A stretch of DNA of 64,000 bases from Candidatus Marinacidobacterales bacterium (GCA_965237955.1 OZ250169.1:2432001-2496000), one strand, 5' to 3'; counted from the stretch's first letter, positions 9,714 to 20,882 are shown. The notes: generated by a model from the letters alone, not told the origin. Numbers and translations are program-made.

Positions 9714-10526
9714 ATGACGGAGCTTCGAGACGCGCACGTCGTCATCACCGGCGCCGCCAGTGGCCTCGGCCGGCGCATGGCACTCGGCGTCGCGCAACGA
9801 GGCGGTACGCTTTCCCTTTGGGACGTGAACGGGGCGGGCCTCGACGCGGTGGTCGCCGAGGTCACAAGCCTCGGTGGGCGAGCCCAACCGGTGGTCTGCG
9901 ACATTTCCGATCGAGGGGCGGTCTATTCCGCGGCGGCCGGTATCGCCGATCCCGTCGATGTCCTCATCAATAACGCCGGCGTCGTGAATGGAAAGAGCCT
10001 TCTCGAGATTCCGGACGAGCAGATCGAAAGAAGCCTCCAGATCAACACCCATTCGCTTTTCTGGATGACCAAGGCGTTTCTCCCGGCGATGATCGAGCGC
10101 AACCGGGGCCATATCGTCACCATTGCTTCGGCCGCAGGCCTCATCGGCGTCCCTCGCCTGACGGACTATTGCGCCAGCAAGTTCGCCGCGGTGGGGCTCG
10201 ATGAATCCCTTCGAGTCGAGCTGAGAAAACGAGCGCCTGGCGTCCGGACGACCGTCGTCTGTCCCTACTACATCGACACCGGCATGTTCGACGGGGTGAA
10301 GACGCGCTTCTCGTTCTTGCTACCCATCCTGAAGGAGGAGAAGGTCGCCGACAAGATCTTGAAAGCTGTGGAGCGCGATCGACCGCGGCTTCAGATGCCG
10401 GCACTGGTCCACAGTATTCCGCTGCTACGATTGTTTCCGGTCCACTTATTTGATGCGATAGCCAGGTTTATGGGAATTAGCGCTTCGACGGACGATTTCG
10501 TAGGCCGACACAAGGATTCGCCATAG
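9714..10526 (+). CDS. Short-chain dehydrogenase/reductase
   Basis: TGAASGLG, NNAG and YCASK motifs. Confidence 0.92.
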   Translation: MTELRDAHVVITGAASGLGRRMALGVAQRGGTLSLWDVNGAGLDAVVAEVTSLGGRAQPVVCDISDRGAVYSAAAGIADPVDVLINNAGVVNGKSLLEIPDEQIERSLQINTHSLFWMTKAFLPAMIERNRGHIVTIASAAGLIGVPRLTDYCASKFAAVGLDESLRVELRKRAPGVRTTVVCPYYIDTGMFDGVKTRFSFLLPILKEEKVADKILKAVERDRPRLQMPALVHSIPLLRLFPVHLFDAIARFMGISASTDDFVGRHKDSP

Positions 10527-10576
10527 GTTTGTTCTGCCCACCTGTTTGACTGGGTTGGCTGTGTGGGGTTAAGATC

Positions 10577-10590
10577 TGATCATGCGGTCA
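10577..10590. promoter_or_regulatory. Possible TetR operator overlapping the tetR start codon
   Basis: Imperfect palindrome TGATC-N4-GGTCA. Confidence 0.3.
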
Positions 10591-11217
10591 AATCCTAAGC
10601 CTGTTAGCCAGAAAAAGCTCAGCTTCATCGAGGAAGCGCGCCGCCGCCAGATCGTCGAAACGGCCATCCAAACGATTGCCACTCAAGGGTTTTCCCAAGC
10701 CTCGCTTGCGGAGATTGCCCGGAAGGCCGGGATCAGCAAAGGGGTCATTTCGTACCATTTCGCGGGCAAAGACGAGCTCGTCGAAGAAATCCTGAGAAGC
10801 TTGCTGCACCAGCCAGCCGAGTTCATCAAAGAACGGGTGGGCCGCAATGAGACGGCACTCGACCAGCTTCGAGCCTACATCGAAGCGAACTTCGAGTTCA
10901 TGGAGTCCCACCGCGACAACTACGTGGCGCTCGTCGATCTATGGGGACGCCGCGGGAGCTCGGAGGAAGAAAATCGGTTCAACGCCGACGCGTACGAGCC
11001 CTCGCGACACTACCTCTCGCACATTTTCGAGGCCGGGCGCGAGCGCGGCGAGTTCCGCCACTTGCCGGTGCGTTCGACCGCGTCGTTGATTCAGGCGGCC
11101 ATCGACGGGGTGATGTTGCAGTGGGTTTTCGACGAAGAGAGCATCGACCTCGACGTGAGCCGCGCAGAAGTGTTGGAGATGATCACCCGCCACGTGTCCA
11201 AAGGAGAGCCGCGATGA
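10582..11217 (+). CDS. TetR/AcrR-family transcriptional regulator
   Basis: RRQIVETAIQTIATQGFSQASLAEIARKAGISKGVISYHFAGKDEL HTH. Confidence 0.93.
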   Translation: MRSNPKPVSQKKLSFIEEARRRQIVETAIQTIATQGFSQASLAEIARKAGISKGVISYHFAGKDELVEEILRSLLHQPAEFIKERVGRNETALDQLRAYIEANFEFMESHRDNYVALVDLWGRRGSSEEENRFNADAYEPSRHYLSHIFEAGRERGEFRHLPVRSTASLIQAAIDGVMLQWVFDEESIDLDVSRAEVLEMITRHVSKGEPR

Positions 11218-13142
11218 ACAACATCGACACCAAAGGCATGTCCGAAGGTAAGAAGGCAGCACTCGAGCTGACCGAGGAGTCGCGCGAAGGCTTTTTGGAC
11301 TACCCGACGTTCGCCGGCGCTCTGTTCATGGGTGATCTTCCTGTCGAGCTGGTCCATCCCTATCCGGAAGAGGATACCGATCGTGATGCCCGTGGCGAAG
11401 CGTTTCTGACGCAGCTCGAATCGTTCCTGAAGGAGCACGTCGACCCGGATCAAATCGATGTCGATGGAGAAATCCCGGAAAACGTTATCGAGGGGCTCGC
11501 GGCTATCGGTGCGTTCGGGATCAAGATCCCGCGTGAATACGGCGGTCTCGGTTTGTCGCAACAGCTGTATACGCGAGCGGCTGTTCTCGTGGGAAGCTAC
11601 TGCGGAAGCATCTCCGCGTTGCTGTCGGCGCATCAATCCATCGGTGTGCCCCAGCCGCTCCTTCTTTTCGGCACCGAAGAGCAGAAGCAAAAGTTTCTAC
11701 CGCGGATCGCGGGCGGAGAGATCACGGCGTTCGCGCTGACAGAGACGGGTGTTGGCTCGGATCCCGCACGCATGGAGACGCGCGCCGAGCCCACCGAGGA
11801 CGGCAAACACTACATTATTAATGGGGAGAAGTTATGGTGCACGAACGGCACCCGGGCAGGACTTCTCGTCGTCATGGCCAAGACACCGGCTCGCGTCGCG
11901 GGCGGCCGCGATCGGGTCACCGCGTTCGTCGTCGACACGAAAACCCCGGGCGTCGAAGTCACGCACCGCTGCCAGTTCATGGGATTGAGAGCGCTTTTCA
12001 ATGCCGTCATCCGTTTCACCGACGTTAAAGTTCCGGCCGAGAACATCATCGCCGCCGAGGGCAAGGGACTTCGCGTCGCGCTCACGACGCTCAACACCGG
12101 TCGTATCACCCTGCCGGCGATGTGCGTCGGGCTCTCGAAGCGAGCGCTTCAAATGGCGCGAGAATGGGCCAACGAGCGCGAGCAGTGGGGCGCACCCATC
12201 GGAAAACACGCCGCTGTCGCCGACAAGATTGCGCGTATCGCCTCGACGGTGTTCGCCATGGAGTCCATGACGTACCTGACGTCGGCGCTCGTCGATCGCA
12301 AGAAGACCGATATCCGCGTCGAAGCCGCGATGGCGAAGATGTTCGGGACCGAGGCAGCGTGGACCATCGTGGACGACACCATGCAGATTCTCGGAGGTCG
12401 CGGCTTCGAGACGGCGCAATCCATCGAGGCCCGCGGAGAAACGCCCCGGCCGATCGAGCGCGGAATGCGAGACTCCCGCATCAACCGCATCTTCGAAGGC
12501 TCGACCGAGATCATGCAGCTTTTCATCGCTCGTGAAGCGCTGGACCCGCACCTGAGAGTTGCCGGAGAGGTCATGAACTCGACGCTTCCGACGTCCCGGC
12601 GTCTCCGCGCCGCGATCCGCGCCGGGTGGTTCTACCTGAGGTGGTATCCGAAGCAGTGGCTTCCGGCGACGGCAAAAACCTCGGGCATGGACCCGGCGCT
12701 CAAAAAGCACGTCCGCTACGCCGCGCGGCAGAGCAAGAAACTGGCTCGCAAGATGTTCCACGCGATGGCCATGAACGGCCCCAAGCTCGAGCGCGAGCAG
12801 ATGCTTCTCGCGCGCTTCGTCGACATCGGGACCGAGCTCTTCGCCCAGACCGCCTCAGCCACGAGAGCGCAGGCTCTCGTCGAGCACGGCCAAGATCGCA
12901 AGGAGATTCTGGCCCTCGTCGACCACTTCTGCGCCGAATCGCGCCTCCGTATCGACCGCGCGTTCCGCGGCATCCGCACCAACAACGACCACATGGGCTA
13001 CCGCCTCGCCCAAAACGTCCTGAAAGGCGGCTCCGACTGGCTCTTCGACGGCATCGTCGGACAGACGTCCGAGGGCAACGACGAGTCGGAGTTCACCCTC
13101 GAACCGCAACTCGAGCCCGATCTCGAAGAGGTCTCGAGCTGA
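11214..13142 (+). CDS. Acyl-CoA dehydrogenase (long, VLCAD/ACAD9-like)
   Basis: AFALTETGVGSD, INGEKLWCTNG, MQILGGRG, RIFEGSTEI. ATG at 11214 overlaps the tetR stop. Confidence 0.92.
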   Translation: MNNIDTKGMSEGKKAALELTEESREGFLDYPTFAGALFMGDLPVELVHPYPEEDTDRDARGEAFLTQLESFLKEHVDPDQIDVDGEIPENVIEGLAAIGAFGIKIPREYGGLGLSQQLYTRAAVLVGSYCGSISALLSAHQSIGVPQPLLLFGTEEQKQKFLPRIAGGEITAFALTETGVGSDPARMETRAEPTEDGKHYIINGEKLWCTNGTRAGLLVVMAKTPARVAGGRDRVTAFVVDTKTPGVEVTHRCQFMGLRALFNAVIRFTDVKVPAENIIAAEGKGLRVALTTLNTGRITLPAMCVGLSKRALQMAREWANEREQWGAPIGKHAAVADKIARIASTVFAMESMTYLTSALVDRKKTDIRVEAAMAKMFGTEAAWTIVDDTMQILGGRGFETAQSIEARGETPRPIERGMRDSRINRIFEGSTEIMQLFIAREALDPHLRVAGEVMNSTLPTSRRLRAAIRAGWFYLRWYPKQWLPATAKTSGMDPALKKHVRYAARQSKKLARKMFHAMAMNGPKLEREQMLLARFVDIGTELFAQTASATRAQALVEHGQDRKEILALVDHFCAESRLRIDRAFRGIRTNNDHMGYRLAQNVLKGGSDWLFDGIVGQTSEGNDESEFTLEPQLEPDLEEVSS

Positions 13143-13201
13143 GCTTGCCTGAGACGCCTGTCTTCAAGTATGCTTAGAGGCTCCCGGGTGGGATCCGGCA
13201 T

Positions 13202-13278
13202 GCGCCTGTAGCTCAGCTGGATAGAGCGTCTGCCTCCGGAGCAGAAGGTCGGAGGTTCGAATCCTCTCAGGCGTACCA
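13202..13278 (+). tRNA. tRNA-Arg(CCG)
   Basis: GCGCCTG/CAGGCGT acceptor stem, TCTGC-CTCCGGA-GCAGA anticodon arm, GGTTCGAATCC, encoded CCA. Confidence 0.96.
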
Positions 13279-13300
13279 ACCGAAAGATCCACCCCAAAGT

Positions 13301-13376
13301 GGGCCGCTAGCTCAATTGGCAGAGCAACGGACTCTTAATCCGTAGGTTGACGGTTCGATTCCGTCGCGGCTCACCA
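13301..13376 (+). tRNA. tRNA-Lys(CTT)
   Basis: GGGCCGC/GCGGCTC acceptor stem, ACGGA-CTCTTAA-TCCGT anticodon arm, GGTTCGATTCC, encoded CCA. Confidence 0.96.
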
Positions 13377-13558
13377 ATCAAGTCACTAGATCATAACTAA
13401 GGCTGTTTTAAAGCAATAACTACGATATTGGACGGCTAACAGTAGTATCGTGCCGGTACAACCATTGACATAGTGACAATGTGCAACCGCCTACATCGGT
13501 AACGAAACAGACCGGGCACATAGGTAACAGTTTGCGGTGTCGTGGATTCTCTTCGAGA

Positions 13559-14625
13559 TCATTTCGGGCCTCGTCTTTTGTATGGCCTCTTGCTTCGTCG
13601 TTCGGGAGAAACTAGAAGCCCAAAGGCGCGATATCCACGGTCCCTGGCGTTTCGAACATCGAGAATTCCGAGAGGGACGGGACCGAAGTGAACCTTCCAC
13701 CGGTCGTCATCGACTTGCTCGAGACCGACGCGCTCTGACTTTAGACAGCTGCTTATGTACCACTGCTTGGACTCAAAAGAGATCATTCCGTTGGGATAGG
13801 TTTGAGCGACGTAGAAGTGCTCCGGGTATTCGATTTGCGGGAGCTGACGAGGGTAGGGGCGGTTCGAGGGCTGATAGCGAGATGCAGGAACCTCCTGACC
13901 AAGTGCCTCATGCGGGCGGATTTCGTTGTATTCCTCCCGGAACCGATCGAATGCCCGTTGCTGTGCTCGAAAGCTCGCTCGGGGCGGTTTAGCCGTCTCT
14001 GACTTCAAGGTGCTGTGCATCCGTTCATGTCTTCCGTTTTGATCGGGTCGGCCGGGCTGAATCCGCTCAGGACGGATTCCGAGACGAATCCACCAAACAG
14101 CAAGTCTGGACAGTCCTCCTGGCGCAAGAGTCGAGAACGGCGCTCCGTTGTCGGTTCGAATCGCGTCCGGCAGACCGTATGCTCGAAATACCGATTCGAA
14201 TATCTTCCGTGTCGGCTTGAACAATGGCCGGTGAAGACCCTGACAGGCAAATAAATAGCGACTGCATCCGTCGCTCACGGTCAAGGGGTGACAACGCTCC
14301 CCTGCAACCGGAAAATGTCCCTTGAAGTCGGCACACCACACCGCATTGGGGCTCCCGTAGTCGCCCAGACGATCGCCATACGGAGAGCTTCGGCGTATCC
14401 GCCGCCGCTTCTGGATGAGCCCATTCTTACGCAGAACCTCTCCGATCGTGCTCGTCGCCGGCAGCGCGAGCTGCGGATAGTGCCGTTGCAGGATGACACG
14501 CAACTTGCGCGGTCCCCAACGCGGGTGTTTCTTCCGGGCTCTCAGAATCTTTTCCACCACGTCGTCCGCGACAGCGTGAGGATGCGACAAAGGGGCGCGA
14601 GAACGCTCTTCCAGACCTGCGACCC
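13559..14625 (-). pseudogene. IS481-family transposase, 5'-truncated by the adjacent element
   Basis: [46 protein letters not shown]. Element end TGT at 13480 with subterminal repeats. Confidence 0.85.
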
Positions 14626-16025
14626 CGTAGTGTGCCAAAACTCGGCCGCCGCGAAGCAGCACCTCGTAGGGTCGCGTCTTCCCGAAGTAAGGATAGCCAC
14701 GCCGCCCCGAACGGCTAGAATGCGGCCTATGCAGCCTTACCTATGGCAGTTCCTCGCGTTGACCTTCGCCGGGTGGGTCAAGCGGTCCCAGCAGGATGCA
14801 ATCGAATACGTGAAGGAAGAGAATCGAGTTCTCCGGGAGCAGCTCGTCGCTCGTCGCTTACGTTTCACCGATGACCAGCGTCGACGTCTGGCAGCGAAGG
14901 CGAAGGCTTTGTGGCAGGAGAACCTGAAGGAAATCGTCGAGCTCGTAACGCCCGACACGTTGTTGCGTTGGTATAGAGAGCTCATCGCGGCAAAGTACGA
15001 TGGGAGCCATCGCCGCGGTCCAGGGCGACCTCGCGTGGCAGAAACGATACGCGAACTCGTGCTCACGATGGCGAAGGAAAACTCAAGCTGGGGATATACG
15101 AGGATTTGTGGCGCTCTCGCTAACATGGGCCATGAGGTCGGCAGAAACACCGTGAAACGCATCCTCGCGGAACACGGTATCGAGCCCGCACCCGCGAGGG
15201 ATAAACGCACGCCCTGGAGCACCTTTCTGAAAGCCCATTGGGGAGCTATAGCTGCGACGGATTTCTTCACCGTGGAAGTGCTTACCACCCGTGGATTGAT
15301 TCGCTACTTCGTGCTTTTCGTCATCGACCTCAAGACCCGTCGCGTCGAGATCGAGGGCATCGTCCATCAGCCCTACGATGATTGGATGAAGCAAATGGCG
15401 CGAAACTTGACGGACGCGATGGATGGATTTCTTCGCGACGCTCGATTTCTAATCCACGATCGAGACCCGCTGTTCTCAGCGTCATTCTGCGCCACGCTCT
15501 GCGCGACTGGGGTGGAGACAGTGAAACTACCCGCAAGGAGTCCGAATTTGAATGCTCACGCGGAGCGTTTTGTTCGTTCGATAAAACACGAGTGCCTCAA
15601 CAGAATGGTTCCGCTCGGAGAGAATCATCTTCGCGTGGCCGTTCGCGCTTACGTCGCCCATTACCATATGGAAAGAAATCACCAGGGTCTCGACAACAGG
15701 TTGATCTCCGAAGTGCCCGACAGTCCCTGCACTGAGGGGAGCATTCTGTGTCGGGAGCGTCTTGGCGGGATTCTCCGATATTATTATCAGGAGGCAGCGT
15801 AAGCGGAGCGGGCGCGTTTCACGGCCGAAGAACGAAGGTTTCCAGAAACGCGATGGCGGGTCCTGAGGGTCCCCGTCTCTGAGATATCGCGCCGCCACCG
15901 CCACGCCTTCAAGAACCGAAACGTTGACAAAGGCAGCCGCGAACGTCCCTTTTCCCTCTGATTCAAGCGGAGCAGGTGTCTAATAATGATGGATTTCGCC
16001 TTCATCTGAGTATTGGCACACTACG
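14626..16025 (+). mobile_element. IS481-like/rve element with CGT...ACG terminal inverted repeats
   Basis: CGTAGTGTGCCAAAACTC (14626-14643) vs GAGTATTGGCACACTACG (16008-16025), 17/18 match. Confidence 0.7.
14729..15802 (+). CDS. Integrase-core (rve) DDE transposase
   Basis: [67 protein letters not shown]. Start chosen at MQPYLWQF. Confidence 0.85.
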   Translation: MQPYLWQFLALTFAGWVKRSQQDAIEYVKEENRVLREQLVARRLRFTDDQRRRLAAKAKALWQENLKEIVELVTPDTLLRWYRELIAAKYDGSHRRGPGRPRVAETIRELVLTMAKENSSWGYTRICGALANMGHEVGRNTVKRILAEHGIEPAPARDKRTPWSTFLKAHWGAIAATDFFTVEVLTTRGLIRYFVLFVIDLKTRRVEIEGIVHQPYDDWMKQMARNLTDAMDGFLRDARFLIHDRDPLFSASFCATLCATGVETVKLPARSPNLNAHAERFVRSIKHECLNRMVPLGENHLRVAVRAYVAHYHMERNHQGLDNRLISEVPDSPCTEGSILCRERLGGILRYYYQEAA

Positions 16026-16194
16026 CGGTCCTCGTGCGACAGGAAGTGGACCGAACTCGTCACCAGTCTTGGTGCCAACTTGGTGCCAGAACTACCCCCG
16101 GAGCCACGAAACAACGGAGACGACCGTCACCGCTTCTTCGAGTCGTTCGTGTCGGTTAGGCTCCGTTCGTGCTGGTTGGTGCTCGCCTGAGCAC

Positions 16195-16245
16195 GACTCT
16201 TAATCCGTAGGTTGACGGTTCGATTCCGTCGCGGCTCACCAATCA
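16195..16245 (+). repeat. attR: duplicated 3' half of tRNA-Lys(CTT)
   Basis: Identical to 13330-13380; lacks the 5' half and D arm. Tandem TTGGTGCCA repeats at about 16069-16088. Confidence 0.9.
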
Positions 16246-16929
16246 TATCAATCGCTTGCGGGGATAGCCTACCTTGAATGCCTGTATTGGTGCCAGCTTA
16301 GCTTCTGGACGCCGACGATCTAGCGTATCTGGGGGAAGCTCCGGCGGGAGATCGAATCGGCTACGGTCCGGAACCGCTCGTCGGCGGCGTCGAGCGGATG
16401 AACGACGTGCTCCCGGGCCCTTACTCCTGAAGAACATTTCCGCAATCGGGATAGCTGGAGCGCAAGAAGCGGAGCCGACGGCGCACATGGCCTTTCCAAC
16501 CGGCTAGCGGCACCGTCTCCCACCGGCCGCCGCGCGGCTGCAACAGGACGATTGCCGCGAGCACGAAAACATGCAGCGCAAATATCGAAACGGGGGCGGG
16601 CATCTTGGCGTGGAAGATGACGGTAAAGATCGCGATGATCGCCGTATAGCCAAAGACGACCCCGTCGAGTGGGTGAAGCGATTCTTCAAATCCATCACGC
16701 CTGCGGCCGCCGTGCCCGCTTCGCTTTCTAATGGAAGTTTTTCCATGTCACCACTCCGGACGTGAGAAAAAATCGCGTTTCCCAAGGGAGATGGGGATGG
16801 TTGGTCCACACTTCTGTCAACTAGGGGGTCGGGTCCGCGCGGTACGGATTCACCCGATATCGTATCGGCGTTTCGTTGGTGCTCTATGACTAGCGCTTTA
16901 ACAAGTCGGGCTGCGTGTGCTCAACGCGC

Positions 16930-18430
16930 TCACGTCGGCACGAGTGTCGATACCATCTTCGGCCTCCAGCGGAGGCGAATCCACTGCAAGATATCGTAGG
17001 TGAGGGCGACCCACAGAGATTCAGTGCGCACTTTGGCGACTCCGCGCACGCTAAACTGCCGCAGGCCGAACTTGGTTTTGATCCAGAGATTCGGAAACTC
17101 GGCCACCTGCGAGCGTGTCTTATAGATGGCCTTGGCTTCGTCGGTCTGCATCTTCTTCCGGAACGCGGCTATGTCGGGCAAGAGTTCGCGCCGCTCGATC
17201 GATCGGCCGTGCTGCGTACGAGGACAACACTGCTCTTTGGCCGGACACGTCTGGCAGTCTTGCTTAGACGCCTTATATCGATAGCGCATCGTGCCATGGC
17301 TTTCCTGCTTGGCGTCGTAGCGTAAGTGCTTGCCCTGCGGGCACACATACGTGTTGGTCTGCGTATCGAAGACAAACTTCGACGCCTCGTATTCCGCTTT
17401 CACGCCGTGGTGCTTATACGACTTGCGCCGATTGGCCTCTGCTGCCTTGTTCTCGTGGTCGGGGCCGACGAGATCGATGCCGCGCTTCGCCATCTCCGCG
17501 ATGTTGTTGCTACTAATGTAGCCTCCATCTACGACCATCTGCTCGGGCCGCACGCTGCATGCTCTGCTCAATCCGTTCTATGGCCGGCGTCAGCTGCTGA
17601 TAATCGCTACCGGCCTGCGTGGCATCGATGTCGACAATCAGGCCGTGTGCGGCATCCGTTGAGACTTGGACGTTGTAGTTAGGTGCGGAGCCGCCCTCGG
17701 CTTGCTTCATCACCCGCGCGTCGGGATCGGTCGTGCTCACGCGGTCTATGCGGCTTTCAGCTTGTCATACTCCTTCAACGCTGATTCTAGACGATCCTGT
17801 CTCTCTCGCCTGGCGCGTTGCTGCGCTGCCTGCATCTGCCGGCTCGATTCCTCCTCCGTCTGGGCGTTGAGAGTCTCTACCGCCTCACGCGCCTGCTCCA
17901 GACACTCTTCGACCGTCGGCTTGCGGCGAAATCCACTCGACGAAGCGTTCGCGCGCACCTTCGTCCCATCCAGCATGACTCGCTCGAGCGTGATCAATCC
18001 GTCCGAACTCAGAACTCCCAGAGCTTGCACAAACAACTCGTCCAGGATCTCCCTATGAATCATCCGAAAGTCCGACAGCGTGTGCGCACTGATGCTCTGC
18101 ATTCCGCTGAGCCATTGATACGCCGGATGATGTTCGCACAGCCGCTCAACCGCGCGGGCCGAACTCACGGCTTGGCTGTAGCTGTAGACCCACAGGCTCA
18201 CCAGTAGCTGAGGATCAAACGCAGGCCGGCCTGCGCCACCCGCGACCGAGCGGACTTGATCCGTGTACCCGCTGAGATCCAGCCGACCCACGAACTCCCA
18301 GATCGCACGCGCTGGGTGATCCTCTGGGATCAAACGCTCCACGTCGACCGTTCCGCAGCAGCAGCTGCGCCCTATCGACCACCTTCAACCGAGCTTGTGT
18401 CACGCGCGCTCCCTCATCGCCGTCATCACC
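16930..18430 (-). pseudogene. IS1182-family transposase, frameshifted (start approximate)
   Basis: LIPEDHPARAI, GRPAFDP, MLDGTKVRANAS, STTDPDARVMK, YNVQ, VVDGGY, YKTRSQVAEFPN spread over 3 ORFs. Confidence 0.85.
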
Positions 18431-18479
18431 ATCGCTGCGTTTTCGCGGACTCGGAAAGCCTGGAAGTGACGTTTGCTTA

Positions 18480-18683
18480 TCACCCACGTTTACCCCGCTT
18501 CCTCCCACGCTTTGCCTTAGGCGTCCGACGCACAATCAGTGTGTTTCGATCCTCCACCACCCACTCCAGCTCCTCGCCCGGCTCCATCTCTAGCGCCTGG
18601 GCTAAAGGTGACGGGTAAATCACATAGAACTGACGGGTGTCGTTGGCTCGCTTGATCACCTGCAGCTTTGTCACGTATCCCAT
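18480..18683 (-). CDS. Small AbrB/MazE-like swapped-hairpin DNA-binding protein
   Basis: QFYVIYPSPLAQALEMEPGEELEWVVEDRNTLIVRR resembles the AbrB fold; basic C-terminal tail. Confidence 0.6.
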   Translation of the reverse strand: MGYVTKLQVIKRANDTRQFYVIYPSPLAQALEMEPGEELEWVVEDRNTLIVRRTPKAKRGRKRGKRG

Positions 18684-18911
18684 GCTGGTCACTCTATAAC
18701 ATAGCTGTAGAGCTAGTCAAGCTTAATTTTTTATCACGTCCTCTGAATGGATAGGATGGCCTAATCCATCGGATGGCGGATTTCATCCTCTCAAGACGCC
18801 CGGGCTCCGATTTCCTGTGTTTTCCGCCCCGCGGCGGACACGGCAAGGCTTTTGCAAAAGGTATGCCTGGAAACGACGACACTCGCCGCCGCCGTTACAA
18901 AGGGAGGACAT

Positions 18912-19346
18912 GTGAGAACAGTGTTACTCGTATTGATGACATCGGGGGCATTGGTCTGGATGATTGGATGTGAGACGAACGAAACCCCGCTCACGGCTCC
19001 GGACGCCGATCCAGGCAATCCGTTGGGGTCTTGGGTACTCCAATCGTTCGAGCCGAGCGACGGCAGCGTCGTGCCGGTACCAGAGCCTGGGAAATACACA
19101 CTCGATCTCGGTGAAGACGGACGCGCGCATATCCAGGCCGATTGCAACGTGTGCAATGGTGACTACGAAGTGAGTGGATCGAGCCTCTCCTTCGGGCTCA
19201 TGGGATGGACGCGCGCCGCCTGCGCCCCGGGCTCGCTCGAGCGGGACTACTTGGAAGCGCTCGTCTCCACGTCGATGTTCCAGGTGACCGAGAGCAGCCT
19301 TGCACTCGCCTATGACGGTGGCGTCCTGAAACTCCAAGCGCCGTAG
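18912..19346 (+). CDS. META-domain (HslJ-like) lipoprotein
   Basis: AGGGAGG RBS, signal peptide ending MIGC, GSWVLQS...ADCNVCNGDYEVSGSSLSFG...TRAAC...ERDYLEAL. Confidence 0.8.
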   Translation: MRTVLLVLMTSGALVWMIGCETNETPLTAPDADPGNPLGSWVLQSFEPSDGSVVPVPEPGKYTLDLGEDGRAHIQADCNVCNGDYEVSGSSLSFGLMGWTRAACAPGSLERDYLEALVSTSMFQVTESSLALAYDGGVLKLQAP

Positions 19347-19359
19347 ACCACAATCGAGA

Positions 19360-19394
19360 GCCGGCACCCCGTCATGGGGCGCCGGCCTTTTTTT
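19360..19394 (+). terminator. Rho-independent terminator
   Basis: GCCGGCACCCC-gtcat-GGGGCGCCGGC stem followed by a T run. Confidence 0.75.
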
Positions 19395-19887
19395 GGGTGC
19401 GGGTTTCCTCGTTCGCGGGCGCGTAGTAGAATATCCCCCCCATGAAACGCCTTCTTTGAACCACCGTTTGGCTGGCCGCGACCCAGGTAGGCGCTCAGCC
19501 AATAAACGAAGAGCGCGCCCGCCATTGGGAGAGTACGCTCCAAAAGACGCTTATTCGCCGGTAGGATGGTTCTTGAAGAGTTTCTCGGCCCCATTTCTGG
19601 ATCTTGCTGGCGTTTTTCTTCGAGCTGTCGGAGATCGTACCGCGCCAGACGAGGCGCTCGCCATCCTTGGAGGAAACTGCGGTGACGCCCCATGGGACTC
19701 GCAACGAGTTACGAAACCCTGCGTGACCTCTGCCCGATACACGGCACCTTCGCCGCGAGGTGCGCGGCCACTTGTCGCGCGTAGTTCTATGTACGCGCCA
19801 GCGCTGCGCGTTCGCGATTGACAGAAACGACTGGCCACCCGACGCTGCTGTCGTCGCAAGACTTAGAGCAACACTTTTTGGCGTGGT

Positions 19888-20649
19888 CTAGGCGAAGCCA
19901 GTTTTTGGCCGCTTTTGCGCCACGCCGTCAACGGTGATGTCCACCTTCTCGTTGTAGAAACAGACGAGGCCCGTCACCTTCGAGGCCGCCAACAGAGGTG
20001 TGCCGTAGCCCCAGGCAACATCTTGGGCGGGTACTTCCCCGGAGGCTAAGGACCAATAGCTCGCCACGCCTTTGTACGGGCACGCCGATGATGTGTCAGA
20101 CGCTGCCAACATGTCCATCCGAACATCAAGTTTCGGAAGATAGTACCGCGTGGGCATATTGGTTTCGAACAACAGTCGCGGACGGCGTGAATCGGCTACC
20201 TTGACCCCATTGACCGAAACCTCAATGTGCCGCGAACTGTATAGCACGTCGATGCGGTGGTACGGATCGCGCGGGTGAACAAAGATCTCTTCGTCCTCTT
20301 CGAACCATGCATCCATTTGGCCGAAGGTCAAACTCCGAAGATCGCGCGCTTCGATAACGGGCGAATCGGGATAGCCGAAGGCAGCGTTCTCCGCAACGTG
20401 GCCGCCAACATTCACCGACCAGTAACGCGCCTCGCCCATCGCCTCGTGGCTGTCGGTGTGATCAGTAGCCGTCAGGAGCTGGGAGTCGATATCATCTTTT
20501 GGAAAATAGTACCAAGGGACCGGCGGCCATCCCTTTCGCCAAACCAGGCTCGCTCCGCCGCTGTCGGCGATGGTCTTTCCGTGGAACACCGCTCGAATGC
20601 GACGCGGGCATACTTCGATATGAACGCCTGCGGTCATCGGTCTTCCCAT
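19888..20649 (-). CDS. Tandem DUF427-domain protein
   Basis: HPRDPYHRIDV, LLFETNMPTRYYLP, CPYKGVASYWS. Confidence 0.9.
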   Translation of the reverse strand: MGRPMTAGVHIEVCPRRIRAVFHGKTIADSGGASLVWRKGWPPVPWYYFPKDDIDSQLLTATDHTDSHEAMGEARYWSVNVGGHVAENAAFGYPDSPVIEARDLRSLTFGQMDAWFEEDEEIFVHPRDPYHRIDVLYSSRHIEVSVNGVKVADSRRPRLLFETNMPTRYYLPKLDVRMDMLAASDTSSACPYKGVASYWSLASGEVPAQDVAWGYGTPLLAASKVTGLVCFYNEKVDITVDGVAQKRPKTGFA

Positions 20650-20882
20650 GACGTCCTCCTTGCTGCGGCGTCATTGCCGCCGAGAGGGAGCATACATCGG
20701 CCCGGAGGAGCAGTCGCTGACTTGGCTGATGCCGGCGCGTTTCGTACCGCGCCCGTCCACTAACGCATCACCGATCACCGATGGTGAAGACCATATTGCC
20801 CGTGACAGAGACACGACGCTCATGACCGTCCTCGGCAAACCGCCACTCATATACTCGTCTCGTTCGTGGAAATCGGATGTTC

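Larger units (their letters stand above)
13330..16245. mobile_element. Degenerate tRNA-Lys-integrated island (attL 13330-13380, attR 16195-16245)
   Basis: Identical 51 bp direct repeat of the tRNA-Lys 3' half. Confidence 0.8.
16887..18719 (-). mobile_element. IS1182-like element with an upstream accessory ORF
   Basis: Short inverted ends TGACTAGC(g/t)CT at 16887 and 18719 enclose the transposase and the AbrB-like ORF. Confidence 0.6.

Noticed and set aside
16195-16245. Second tRNA-Lys gene
   Set aside because: Only the 3' half is present; it is an att repeat.
16243-16700. Possible membrane protein (PAP2-like) remnant on the minus strand
   Set aside because: Hydrophobic fragments over several frames with no diagnostic motif.
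19440-19700. Possible signal-peptide remnant (+) and DUF4136-like tail (-, LVWRG)
   Set aside because: Too short and degenerate to call.
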